49,909 nt of DNA from Promethearchaeia archaeon. GTDB lineage: Archaea > Asgardarchaeota > Lokiarchaeia > Sigyniarchaeales > SOKP01. Position 1 is the stretch's first letter. Every line of letters starts with the position of its first letter. The stretch is from positions 1 to 49,909 of the forward strand of contig JAHQWJ010000027.1 in the NCBI GenBank assembly GCA_029856125.1, in the 5' to 3' direction. Both the position numbers and the translations under genes were made by a program. The notes beneath the pieces are model-generated. The model did no database searches and was not told where the DNA came from. It saw only the letters and a program-made list of their open reading frames with translations. This document shows, piece after piece, positions 1 to 9,987 of this stretch.

Positions 1-399
1 AAATGGTCCTCTCTTGTCAGAAGGAGGAGATTCTGTCAGGTGCATCATGCTAAAAGCCCCATAATCCTTATAAGCAAATTCTAAAAAATTAGTAAAAAAC
101 TTCATTAAAAGATCAACCACAACCCCCTCATGTTCTTTAATAATTTTGATATTTTCGTTTCGATATTGATTAAAAAATTTATTTCGAATAGCAATCCACA
201 ATTCTCTTTTACTATCAACATAATTATACAAATTATTTTGGTTCATTCCAAGAATTTTAGCTAACTGCCGAAGAGAGAAACCGTCTCTTCCTTTTTCTAA
301 AAATAACTCTTTTCCCGATTCTATGATTTGTTCAAATTGAGCTGCTTTTTTTTCAGGGGAACGACTTCGAGTTTGTTTTTTACTTGATTTCTCACTCAT
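1..399 (-). CDS. TetR/AcrR family transcriptional regulator (partial; 3' end runs off the window; absent from the ORF track)
   Basis: Manual translation from ATG at 399: MSEKSSKKQTRSRSPEKKAAQFEQIIESGKELFLEKGRDGFSLRQLAKILGMNQNNLYNYVDSKRELWIAI..., a typical TetR HTH; GGAG lies just upstream; frame is open to position 1. Confidence 0.9.
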   Translation of the reverse strand, partial: MSEKSSKKQTRSRSPEKKAAQFEQIIESGKELFLEKGRDGFSLRQLAKILGMNQNNLYNYVDSKRELWIAIRNKFFNQYRNENIKIIKEHEGVVVDLLMKFFTNFLEFAYKDYGAFSMMHLTESPPSDKRGPF

Positions 400-539
400 A
401 AATATCTCCATTAATTTTATCTAGAGTTGAATTTAATCATATTTATTTCAAGCTTAATCAAATTAAGTGTTAATATCTTAAATATAATCTGTATATTTGA
501 AAAAATAGTATATTTATCTAAATAAAAAATTGCTTTTAT

Positions 540-1424
540 TTAAATCAAACCTGCTGACTTTAATCCTTTAATTACCCATTCCACTAACATTTTGTATGTG
601 ATCTTACCCTCTGGATAAAATGAATCTAATTCATGTAATCTATCAATGAAACTGTTAACTACATCTTCCGTTATATGATTTTTCTCTAATAATGAAATAA
701 AAAAATCTCTCCAAAAAATGTAGCAAAATTTGGCGTACGTAGGAAAGATCTCTGCTGAATCCTCAGTTAATAAACCATAATGAGAACAGGCAATTACAGA
801 ATAGTCGATATTTTTCACTTTATTAAAAGTAGATAATAGTTTCTCCTGAGAAAATTCAGGAGGCATAATTGGTGGGAATATAAATTTTTCCCATAAATAT
901 CCTAGAGCATCCCCTGTATATAAAATCATATTTTTTTGATCTAATATAGAAATACTACAATTTGTATGACCTGGAGTTTCATAGATTAGCAATTCCATTC
1001 CGCCTAGATCAATTATATCTCCTTCCTTTACAAGGGTAATATTATCTACTGGTTCTAAATCTGTAATTATCTCTGAGAAGCTTTCGTTGTATTTTGAATT
1101 GTTTTTTAACGATTCTATGGCAGGTTTTGCGGCAATTACTTCAATATTTGGAAATTTTTTTTGGAAAACTGTGGTTCCACCAGCATGATCCCAATGGGAA
1201 TGCGTTAGTATAAGGATATCGGGTATTAGATCTAGCTTTTTAATCTTTTTTGCAAATCTTTCTGCTTCTATGGGTCCTGATGTGTCAATAAGCGCTCTCT
1301 TTTTAGTTCCCTGCAAAATGTAATACCCCATACTATACTCGGCATCACATTGAAATGAATCAAATAAATATGTATTATTATTGAACTTTCCTTCATTTAA
1401 TATCCAAGGCATAATTATAACCAT
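540..1424 (-). CDS. MBL-fold metallo-hydrolase
   Basis: THSHWDH (HxHxDH) motif, PGHT, GDA and a C-terminal SH. Confidence 0.9.
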   Translation of the reverse strand: MVIIMPWILNEGKFNNNTYLFDSFQCDAEYSMGYYILQGTKKRALIDTSGPIEAERFAKKIKKLDLIPDILILTHSHWDHAGGTTVFQKKFPNIEVIAAKPAIESLKNNSKYNESFSEIITDLEPVDNITLVKEGDIIDLGGMELLIYETPGHTNCSISILDQKNMILYTGDALGYLWEKFIFPPIMPPEFSQEKLLSTFNKVKNIDYSVIACSHYGLLTEDSAEIFPTYAKFCYIFWRDFFISLLEKNHITEDVVNSFIDRLHELDSFYPEGKITYKMLVEWVIKGLKSAGLI

Positions 1425-1429
1425 AAATT

Positions 1430-3619
1430 TTAAAATCTGTATTTTCCATTTAGAATGTTTTCATAAATCTCTTCTGTGAGAAGTGTATATTTAGTGCTTC
1501 TTGGGAGATAAACATAAATAGGGTTGTTTGTTTTTTTAATGTTGAATCCGATTTTTTTCATCTCATATTTGTGAATTTTGTAAGTACTTGTTGTGTTTAA
1601 TTCAGATAAGAATCGTATGAATATAGGAATAGCATAATTAGGCAAGTTATCGTGTATTGTTTCTATAAAATCGTTAAAGTCAAATTCTTCATGTTTAACA
1701 GCCGTCAAGACTGAGGCCATACCTGCCCGTCCTTCACACAATGGGATTTCAACGCCGTAAACAGAGGTGTGGTCGATCACTTCAAAAGAAGTGATGATAT
1801 CTTCAACTTCGGCAGTCGATACATTCTCTCCTTTCCAACGAAATGTATCACCAAGTCTATCAACAAATTGAGCATGCCTATATCCAATATTCCGTACAAT
1901 ATCACCTGCATTCATCCAAACATCACCCTTTTCAAACGCATCATAAAATATTTTTTTCTCAGATGCTTTTTTATCCGTATAGCCAGCAAAAACATATTCA
2001 GACCATGTTTGTATAATCAATAAACCTGCTTGACCTTCTTCCACTTTTTGTAAAAAACCATTTTTATCTCTATCAGGTTCCTTATTTTCAAAGTTATACT
2101 TCACAATAGCATATGGAGCAGCGTTATATCCCACAGTACAATCTAAATTAATGTAATTCACAAAAGCGCCCCACATTTCAGTCATTCCGTAGTGTTCATA
2201 GACTTCTCTTATACCAAATCGCTCTTTGAATTCTTTCCAAATTTCAGGACTAAGACCATTTCCACAAATCTTGTAAACTCTATGATTTCGATCCTCTGGA
2301 GTTGATGGTTGATTAAAAAGGTAGCGACAGATTTCTCCGATGTAATTAAAACATGTAGCATTAAATTTTTTTATGTCTTTCCAGAAATTTCGAACACTAA
2401 ATCTACGAGCAATAGCTATTGCTGATCCACCTCCAATAGCGGATGACCATGCAAGATGGAGGGCGTTGCTATGAAACAATGGAAGAGATATATACATAAT
2501 GTCATCAGGCGTCATATGTAATACGGCATTACTCCAGTGAATTATGGATGTTGCTGTATACATATTCCGAATGTGTGCTGCTTTTGGAAGTCCAGTTGTC
2601 CCAGAAGTAAAAATATATAAGTATGTATCTTTTCCCTTTATTTCTGTTTTAATTGATGGGTTTTCTCTACTTTTATCCTTAACCTCTTCTTGAAGATCAA
2701 CAAAATCTTCAGGTATATCAATTTTACACTTATCCTTCAAAAAAAAGAGTTTTTCCTTCCCGGTTAAGCCTAATTCTGATTTTATTTCATTAAAAGGATC
2801 AATAAGTTCCTCTCCAATAATATAGATTCTTACTGGATTTAGTGTTAAGCTATGCAATAGTACCGACGATCTTTGTTTTGTATTAATCAAAGCTCCGATG
2901 GTTCCAATTTTTGACATCGCTGCAATTAAAAACAACAATTCAGGTCTGTTTTCTACGAAAATATTTATTACTTCTCCTTTAGTTACGCCAAGAGAAAGAA
3001 GATAATTAGCATATTGATTAATTATTTCGTTGAATTCTTTGTAGGTATACATGATATCTTCATAGTACATAGCAGGATTACTAGAATATCGTTCTGCATT
3101 ATATTCTAAAAACTTGCCAAGCGAGACATTATCATCTGGTCCAGTCTTGCTGTTTTGTATTGTAGTATTGAAAAAATCACCTAACCTCCAGTAAACAGAT
3201 AAGAGGCCAAATATAATATCTCTATATTTTAACACATACTGTGATTTTGATTTGCTTTCTTTTTCGGGTACAATTGGTCCAAGCCACTGAGAATAATACC
3301 TTTTTAAATATCGTACCATATAGGTGTTTTCTACTCTCGATAATAATTCATCCTTACCCTTCTCTGTTGCTGCATAATAACATATATTATCTTTTCTATA
3401 TTCTTCAATAAATCCATTAGCTTTTAACTTATTAGCCCATTCATAAAATAACTTCTCATCCATCCTATCATTAATAGAGTTACTAATGTCATTAACAAGT
3501 TCTTTAAGTTTGTGAGGTCCAAAAACGGCTAATGTAAAAAGAAGAGCATCATCATATTTTCCTCTTTTTAACCTTATCAAGAATTTTTTTGGAAGTTTAT
3601 TAGGTATGGTTATGCTCAT
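1430..3619 (-). CDS. Long-chain acyl-CoA synthetase (FATP/VLACS type) with N-terminal winged-helix-like domain
   Basis: YIFTSGTTGLPKAA AMP-binding motif, YIGEICRYL, and the FATP signature FVDRLGDTFRWKGENVST; first ~120 aa end in a wHTH-like YYAATEKGKDEL. Confidence 0.9.
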   Translation of the reverse strand: MSITIPNKLPKKFLIRLKRGKYDDALLFTLAVFGPHKLKELVNDISNSINDRMDEKLFYEWANKLKANGFIEEYRKDNICYYAATEKGKDELLSRVENTYMVRYLKRYYSQWLGPIVPEKESKSKSQYVLKYRDIIFGLLSVYWRLGDFFNTTIQNSKTGPDDNVSLGKFLEYNAERYSSNPAMYYEDIMYTYKEFNEIINQYANYLLSLGVTKGEVINIFVENRPELLFLIAAMSKIGTIGALINTKQRSSVLLHSLTLNPVRIYIIGEELIDPFNEIKSELGLTGKEKLFFLKDKCKIDIPEDFVDLQEEVKDKSRENPSIKTEIKGKDTYLYIFTSGTTGLPKAAHIRNMYTATSIIHWSNAVLHMTPDDIMYISLPLFHSNALHLAWSSAIGGGSAIAIARRFSVRNFWKDIKKFNATCFNYIGEICRYLFNQPSTPEDRNHRVYKICGNGLSPEIWKEFKERFGIREVYEHYGMTEMWGAFVNYINLDCTVGYNAAPYAIVKYNFENKEPDRDKNGFLQKVEEGQAGLLIIQTWSEYVFAGYTDKKASEKKIFYDAFEKGDVWMNAGDIVRNIGYRHAQFVDRLGDTFRWKGENVSTAEVEDIITSFEVIDHTSVYGVEIPLCEGRAGMASVLTAVKHEEFDFNDFIETIHDNLPNYAIPIFIRFLSELNTTSTYKIHKYEMKKIGFNIKKTNNPIYVYLPRSTKYTLLTEEIYENILNGKYRF

Positions 3620-3679
3620 TTTATTGTTTAAATCCTATTATTATTCATAAATTTAATTGAAATTACATCTAATATAATA

Positions 3680-3690
3680 TGTATATTTAA
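3680..3690 (-). promoter_or_regulatory. Archaeal TATA box (TTAAATATACA) upstream of the acyl-CoA synthetase
   Basis: The same or a 1-mismatch 11-mer recurs upstream of other minus-strand genes at 490-500, 20735-20745 and 30084-30094. Confidence 0.5.
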
Positions 3691-3771
3691 GTAAATTATT
3701 AATAAATTTAAGACTTTACTAAGATTATTGATTTAGATTTATAAGGAGAATTAAAAAGAAAGGTTTATTAA

Positions 3772-4599
3772 ATGTCAGATGAAAAAAGGTTCGAACATGT
3801 AAAAATTGAGAAAGTAGAGGAAGGTAATTATGCTATTATTTCTATAAATCGTCCCGATAGATTAAATGCACTCCAAAACCAAACACTTAAAGAAATAGCT
3901 GAAGCTTTAGAAACTGTGGAAGTGGATCAGAGTGTCCGCTGTGTGGTTATACGCGGGACAAGAGAATTCACTAAAAAGCCTGCTTTCTCTGCTGGCGCTG
4001 ATCTCTCGACCCGAGGAGATTCCCGTCTTGATCCTGAAAACCTAAGACATCGCAGCCATGCTATGTATTTCAAGCACAAATACTACGATTTAATTGAAGA
4101 ATTTCCAAAACCTTTAATCGCTGCTGTTGATGGTTATGCTCTTGGTGGTGGATTAGAATTAGTCTTAGTTTGTGATATAGTTATTGCATCAAAACGATCA
4201 GAATTTGGCTTTCCTGAAATTAAAAGAGGAATTTTTCCTGCTAATGGAGGAACTCAGCGCATGATTAGACATCTTGGTAAAATGAGAGTTAACAGGATGA
4301 TGTACTTTGGTGAACATTTTCCTGCTGAACAGATGAATGATTGGGGATTTATCTCCTTTTTAATCGATGATGATAAGTTTGAAGAGTTTGTACATGAAAA
4401 AGCCTCTCAGATTGGTAATTCTGCGACAAATGCACTATTCGTTATTAAGAAGTGTGTTCAATACGGGACTCAAGTACCTTTGAATGTGGGACTACAATTT
4501 GAGCAATGGGGCTTTGCTTTGAATACTACATCACAAGATGTCATAGAGGGAGTTACAGCATTTCTTGAAAAAAGAACTCCAAAGTTTCAGGGAAAATAA
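3772..4599 (+). CDS. Enoyl-CoA hydratase/isomerase (crotonase family)
   Basis: FSAGADL oxyanion motif, GGGLE and PE; both catalytic glutamates present. Confidence 0.93.
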   Translation: MSDEKRFEHVKIEKVEEGNYAIISINRPDRLNALQNQTLKEIAEALETVEVDQSVRCVVIRGTREFTKKPAFSAGADLSTRGDSRLDPENLRHRSHAMYFKHKYYDLIEEFPKPLIAAVDGYALGGGLELVLVCDIVIASKRSEFGFPEIKRGIFPANGGTQRMIRHLGKMRVNRMMYFGEHFPAEQMNDWGFISFLIDDDKFEEFVHEKASQIGNSATNALFVIKKCVQYGTQVPLNVGLQFEQWGFALNTTSQDVIEGVTAFLEKRTPKFQGK

Positions 4600-4608
4600 A
4601 ATATTTGA

Positions 4609-4634
4609 CTTTTCTATTTTTTTTTTAATTTTTT
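4609..4634 (+). terminator. Poly-T archaeal terminator after the enoyl-CoA hydratase
   Basis: T-rich tract (tttctattttttttttaatttttt) starting about 10 nt after the stop. Confidence 0.55.
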
Positions 4635-4695
4635 AAGAGATCTTTACATCTAAGTAGCCCAACCAGATGAGAAAAATAAAATAAAAACTAGTTTT

Positions 4696-6558
4696 TTAAG
4701 GATTTGCAACCCAATCTATATCTAATTCTTCAAGTTTAGATCGAGTAGGAATTCCATTCTCGTCCCAACCCATCATAGCGTAATATGTATTTATCGCATT
4801 TTTAAGTTTATCCGGGTCAATAATGGTCTCAGAAAGAGCTCCTGAAGTATGAGGTTTGAAAAATCTTTTAGGCAAACAATCGTCATTTTTGGTAAATCCT
4901 TCTCTATTATTAAAAACTCTTGCCATAGTCGAAATCCTTTCTCCTGCTTTCATTAATTCCCATATTGAAGTATTCCAACCAGTTACTGCTTTTACTATTT
5001 CAGTAATATGATCATAACGCCAAAAGACAAAATAGCACATCAATAGGGCGTTAAATATATAACGCCAATTACTAAAATAAACTACTGCTCGTACCTTCTT
5101 TGGACTTAAATCATCCAACTCTAAAGGTTCTAAAATTCCTATAGGACCATGATACGCCATAACCCTCCTATGAGCAAAAGAATAATCATCTAAATTAGTC
5201 ATATGCTCTGCTCCTGTAGGTGATAACGCATAACCAAGTCCCATTCCTTGTTTTAGGCGAGGTTCATGCATTGGAATCTCGGCACCCTTTACATGCATAG
5301 CGAATTTGTCTGATCCATTTTTTAACTTATCACTGGCTCGTTTAACACCTTCTGCTAATATGTCACCTAAACCCTCGCGTTTACCAATCATTTCAACCAT
5401 TTGAACCATTGCTTTAGCGTTACCAAAGTTTAATTTAATACCATCAGTATCTTTATCAGTTAAAATTCCTTTTTCATAACACTCCATTGCGAAACCAATA
5501 GAAATCCCAGTTGAAATTGTGTCTATCGAATACTTGTTGCACAATTCATTCGCTTTACATACTGCTTTCACATCATCAACTCCGCAATTAGATCCTAAAG
5601 CACCTAAAGTTTCGTATTCAGGTCCTCCATATTTCGAATCAACGTTCCAAGGATCTCCGATTTCAACAACCTTTTTACAACGAATAGAACACGCATAACA
5701 ACCATCCTTCTCAAGCCCTAGTGTTTCTTTGATAGTTTTAGGGTCTAATGCTATGGCATTCGTAAATCCACCGTCCCTGAAGTTTCGAAACGATAGATTA
5801 CCAGATGAAGCAGCTTCTTCCATATAAGCTCCTCCTGTTCCAAATTCAAAAAATCCAGCATTTCTTTGCTGCATAGTTTCATTAAATAATTTCAATAACG
5901 CTTTCAATTTCTCTTTATCTACTGCTTCTTGTTTTTGATTACCCCTTACAGCTATAGCCTTTAAATTCTTAGATCCCATCACAGCACCCAGCCCAGTGCG
6001 TCCAGCAGCATTTCTTAAATCGTTAATGATACAAGCATATCTTACTAACCGTTCTCCTCCAGGACCAATTTGAGCCACACGAATAAATTTATCATTCAAT
6101 TCTTCGTGAATTTTCTCTTGAACTTCACCAGTAACTTTACCCCAAAGATGATTTGCATCTCTTATTTCTGCCTCACCATCATGTATCCATAAATAAACAG
6201 GATTTTTCGCTTTTCCTTCTACTATAATAGCATCAAATCCAGCGTGTTTTAACTCAGCCCCCCAATGACCACCAACCTCTGCCTCACCAAATCCACCTGT
6301 TAAAGGAGATTTTGCTCCAACACTGTTTCTTCCTGTTCCGGGTATTGCAAATCCTGTTAAAGGACCGTTAGCAAAAATTAGTTTATTTTCAGGGCCTAAA
6401 GGGTCAATATCTGCTTCTAGTTCCTTTAAAAGGTAATAGGCTACAAAGCCTTCTCCACCAATATATCTTCGGCAAAAAATCTCGTCAAGGCTTTCAATTG
6501 AGATTTTTTCATTTGATAAATTAACTCTTAAAATATTTCCAGTATATCCATTCAGCAT
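4696..6558 (-). CDS. aor: Aldehyde:ferredoxin oxidoreductase (tungsten AOR family)
   Basis: KSPLTG, AAGRTGLGAVMGSKNLKAIAV, GCYACSIRC [4Fe-4S] ligands, GPEYET; 620 aa. Confidence 0.93.
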   Translation of the reverse strand: MLNGYTGNILRVNLSNEKISIESLDEIFCRRYIGGEGFVAYYLLKELEADIDPLGPENKLIFANGPLTGFAIPGTGRNSVGAKSPLTGGFGEAEVGGHWGAELKHAGFDAIIVEGKAKNPVYLWIHDGEAEIRDANHLWGKVTGEVQEKIHEELNDKFIRVAQIGPGGERLVRYACIINDLRNAAGRTGLGAVMGSKNLKAIAVRGNQKQEAVDKEKLKALLKLFNETMQQRNAGFFEFGTGGAYMEEAASSGNLSFRNFRDGGFTNAIALDPKTIKETLGLEKDGCYACSIRCKKVVEIGDPWNVDSKYGGPEYETLGALGSNCGVDDVKAVCKANELCNKYSIDTISTGISIGFAMECYEKGILTDKDTDGIKLNFGNAKAMVQMVEMIGKREGLGDILAEGVKRASDKLKNGSDKFAMHVKGAEIPMHEPRLKQGMGLGYALSPTGAEHMTNLDDYSFAHRRVMAYHGPIGILEPLELDDLSPKKVRAVVYFSNWRYIFNALLMCYFVFWRYDHITEIVKAVTGWNTSIWELMKAGERISTMARVFNNREGFTKNDDCLPKRFFKPHTSGALSETIIDPDKLKNAINTYYAMMGWDENGIPTRSKLEELDIDWVANP

Positions 6559-6628
6559 ACGAAACCCATATTTTCTAATTTAATTCAATAATATATAGTT
6601 TAATTCCATCTTACTTATATAACTTTTT

Positions 6629-7666
6629 TCATTGAATCTCAAGAATAGCTCTTCCAACTATTTTACCCTGTTCAAGTTCCTCTAAAACTTCATTTATCTC
6701 TGAGAACTTCCCGATCCTTCCTACATGAGTTTTCACTTTACCGTCTGCAGCCAAATCAACTAATTCTCTCATTTCTTCGATGTTTCCAACTAGAGCTCCC
6801 GTGATATGAAGCCCTCTTAATATAAAACTAAATGGATCTACCGAAAATGGACCTTCACTTAAAGCAGGTAATCCTACAATTACTAATACTCCTCCACGCC
6901 CAAGTAATTTTAAACCGAGTTCAAAACCAGCTACTTTTGATGCAAATACTATACTTGCACTTACTCCCTTAATTACTCCCAATTTAAATTGTTTCCTCAC
7001 TGTTTTTATGGCTTCATTTGCATCTACAGCAAGATCTACGCCCATTTTTTTTATGAATTCCAATTTTTCAGGACCGATATCCACTCCAATAACTTTATAT
7101 CCAAGGGCTTTTGCTATCTGAATTCCATAATGACCAAGACCGCCTGCAGCACCAATGATGGCAATAGTTTTCCCTGCATGAATCCCGAAATTCGAAAGCT
7201 TTTTGATAGCGCTATACGCTGTTAAACCAGCACAAGCTAGTGGTACCTCATTATTTCCGATTTCATCTGGTAGTTTTACTAGAGCCTTCGCCCATACAAC
7301 AAAATATTCAGCAAATACTCCTTGTAGCCCCTTCCGGCGTGTACATAGCATAGGTTTACCCGCAAGACAATGTTCACATGCACCACACCAATATTTTCCC
7401 CATCCTCCTAAACCTAGTATAACTCTGTCTCCAATCTTCACAAATTCCTCAGATCCAGGACCCAATTCTTCTACTATTCCTATGGCTTCATGCCCAATTG
7501 GAAATGGTGTCGGAACTTTCATCCAATGACTTTTCACTACATGAACATCTGAATGGCATACACCTACGGTAGAGATTTTTACCAAAACCTCCTCATGTCC
7601 TGGAGTAGGTTTTGGTACGTCCTTAATACTAACTTTTCCTATTTCTTCAACTATAGCTGCTCGCAT
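6629..7666 (-). CDS. Zn-dependent alcohol dehydrogenase (MDR, AdhP-like)
   Basis: CHSD, GHE, structural Zn motif CGACEHC-x7-C, GAAGGLG nucleotide-binding motif. Confidence 0.93.
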   Translation of the reverse strand: MRAAIVEEIGKVSIKDVPKPTPGHEEVLVKISTVGVCHSDVHVVKSHWMKVPTPFPIGHEAIGIVEELGPGSEEFVKIGDRVILGLGGWGKYWCGACEHCLAGKPMLCTRRKGLQGVFAEYFVVWAKALVKLPDEIGNNEVPLACAGLTAYSAIKKLSNFGIHAGKTIAIIGAAGGLGHYGIQIAKALGYKVIGVDIGPEKLEFIKKMGVDLAVDANEAIKTVRKQFKLGVIKGVSASIVFASKVAGFELGLKLLGRGGVLVIVGLPALSEGPFSVDPFSFILRGLHITGALVGNIEEMRELVDLAADGKVKTHVGRIGKFSEINEVLEELEQGKIVGRAILEIQ

Positions 7667-7862
7667 TATATTTTTCCTTTCTTTCTTATTAGGTCTATAA
7701 AATATCGAATTTTATAACAATATTATTCAAAATGATTAATCTTTTCTTAAGTTAGTCTTTGTTTAAAGCAATAAATTTTTTTTTCTTAATTTTTCGGTAT
7801 CCCTTAATTTTTCAATAGCAATGTTATCTCTAATTTCAAAAGTATCTCTATTTCCCATAGCT

Positions 7863-9083
7863 TCATTTACCCCACATTCCTATCATTTCTCTTGAGATTA
7901 AATACTTCATTATTTCAGTTGATCCCGCTGCAATTTGCGCTACTTTTGCATCTCTGTAATAGCGTTCTAATGGATACTCTTCAGAATAACCTAAACCACC
8001 AACAACCTGAATAGCATCTTGAGTAATTTTAACAGTAGCATCTGCAAGCTTAGCTTTAACGGCAGCAACTGATGCTCTGCAGTAATATCCTTTATCAAGC
8101 ATTCTCGCTATCTGTGCCATAGCTATTCTATTTAATTCTATGTCCATAAACATTTCACTTAATTTGAACGAAATTCCTTCAAAGGAATAAATTGGTTTTT
8201 TAAATTGAATCCTCTTATGAGCATACTTATATGCAACTTCGAATGCACTTCTAGCTAAGCCAAGATATTGAGAAGCTGTAAAGGTTCTCTCACCATCAAG
8301 TCCAAACATCAATACCTCAACTCCCTCATTTTCCTTATGGAGTAAATTTTCAACAGGTACTTTACAATTATCAAATCGGAGATGAGAATTTGGCATTCCT
8401 CTACGGCCCATATGATTATAATCCTTGATAACCTGAAATCCTGGTGTCTCTGTCTCAAAGATGAAAGCTGAAATACCTCGATGTCTATTGACTTGGTCAT
8501 TAGTAACCGCATATAAACAAATGTAATCCGCAACACTTCCATTAGTTATAAATCTTTTTTCTCCATTTAATACATAGTAATCTCCCTGTCTTGTAGCTCT
8601 CAAATTCATTCCTCCTATAGCATCAGAACCTCCCGTAGGTTCTGTTATCCCTATTGCCCCAATTTTTGTACCATCAGCAATACCTGTAAGATATTTCTTT
8701 TTTTGTTCAGAAGTTCCATATTCAATAATAGGACCAGCAAATAAGCAAGAGGAAGCACCAAATATAGTTGCGATGGAATAATTAAAAGCAGATAACTCTT
8801 CACCAAAAATCGTACGATAAAGTATTCCTTTCCCTAATCCCCCAGCTTCTTCAGGAATTACTATATTTAGATAAGGTTTCATTTTTCGTAGTGTTTCCAC
8901 TGCTAAAGTTGTATTTCTTTCCTTATCAATTTTGTCAGAAACGGGTTGTATATTCTCTTCACACCATTTTCGCACTTCCATACGAAATTCATTTTCTTCT
9001 TCTGAATAATAATGTAATCTATCGTGCATACAAGAATATCCAAAATTTAAATCTAAATCCTCAAATTGTATGTTTCCAATCAT
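7863..9083 (-). CDS. Acyl-CoA dehydrogenase, isovaleryl-CoA dehydrogenase-like catalytic arrangement
   Basis: ITEPTGGSD, KRFITNG, GGLGYSEEYPLERYYRDAK; Glu in LDGER and Ala at the MCAD catalytic position (IAAGS). Confidence 0.92.
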   Translation of the reverse strand: MIGNIQFEDLDLNFGYSCMHDRLHYYSEEENEFRMEVRKWCEENIQPVSDKIDKERNTTLAVETLRKMKPYLNIVIPEEAGGLGKGILYRTIFGEELSAFNYSIATIFGASSCLFAGPIIEYGTSEQKKKYLTGIADGTKIGAIGITEPTGGSDAIGGMNLRATRQGDYYVLNGEKRFITNGSVADYICLYAVTNDQVNRHRGISAFIFETETPGFQVIKDYNHMGRRGMPNSHLRFDNCKVPVENLLHKENEGVEVLMFGLDGERTFTASQYLGLARSAFEVAYKYAHKRIQFKKPIYSFEGISFKLSEMFMDIELNRIAMAQIARMLDKGYYCRASVAAVKAKLADATVKITQDAIQVVGGLGYSEEYPLERYYRDAKVAQIAAGSTEIMKYLISREMIGMWGK

Positions 9084-9259
9084 TTAAATCAATTACATTT
9101 GATAATCGAAATAGTTAAAAATTAATTAAATAGGTCAATTAAATATCAAATTATAAGTTTGCTACGATAACTCAAGAATTATAATTCATTTATTAAAGCA
9201 TAGTAAATCCTTCTGAATGGATTTATTATTGAAATCCATATTTTTTTAATTTAGTGCTT

Positions 9260-9973
9260 TTATGGTTTTTTCCACCAATGTGGAACTGTTACTGGCTTTA
9301 ACTCACCATAATCTAATAGTAAAGTTTGTTCTTCTCCTACGGTGTAGGCAAATCCGCCTAGGAATTTAACCCATTTCTCTGGTCGAAGCCCAAACCATCC
9401 AAATCTAAGAGCCATTGTATTCATATCATGAGTAACAAAAATATTCAAACCATTTTCAGGTGAGGATTTAACTTGGTCTAGAAACATTTGAGCGGTTGAT
9501 TGACAATATTCCCTGAATGGTGTCCAAATATCAGGATTATAAAAGCCTACTACCCATCGATAAAAAATGTCAAAAAAAGGAACATTTTTAAATTCACTAA
9601 AGAAAAATTCCCTACTTTTCATTCCGACAGATTGGAGAGGAAGAAGCGTCCCTTTTATTTCGCTTGTCCCACCAATACTTTTAAATCCTTCATGTATATC
9701 GTTAGCCGTTTCTTCACATCTCCATATAATACTATGGAATAGGTTGATCTGTCTGTTATTAGGTAAATTTTCGCCGAATTTCTTAGCGATAGCATGACCT
9801 TGAGGCGTTAATCTTAATTTCTGAGCTCCCTTCAATGCCTCTGGTTCGTCTCGATGCGAATGTCTTAAAACAAGGATTATTTTTGAATCGTCAGGAAACT
9901 GTTTAAGTCCTTCAATTAATTGACGCGCTTGCTCTGTCCAGTCACTTTCTTTCCATATTTTTTCCGAATCCAT
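9260..9973 (-). CDS. Histidine phosphatase superfamily protein
   Basis: LRHS (RHG variant), LTPQG, RCEETA and VTHD. Confidence 0.85.
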   Translation of the reverse strand: MDSEKIWKESDWTEQARQLIEGLKQFPDDSKIILVLRHSHRDEPEALKGAQKLRLTPQGHAIAKKFGENLPNNRQINLFHSIIWRCEETANDIHEGFKSIGGTSEIKGTLLPLQSVGMKSREFFFSEFKNVPFFDIFYRWVVGFYNPDIWTPFREYCQSTAQMFLDQVKSSPENGLNIFVTHDMNTMALRFGWFGLRPEKWVKFLGGFAYTVGEEQTLLLDYGELKPVTVPHWWKKP

Positions 9974-9987
9974 CTCTACTCAATTAC

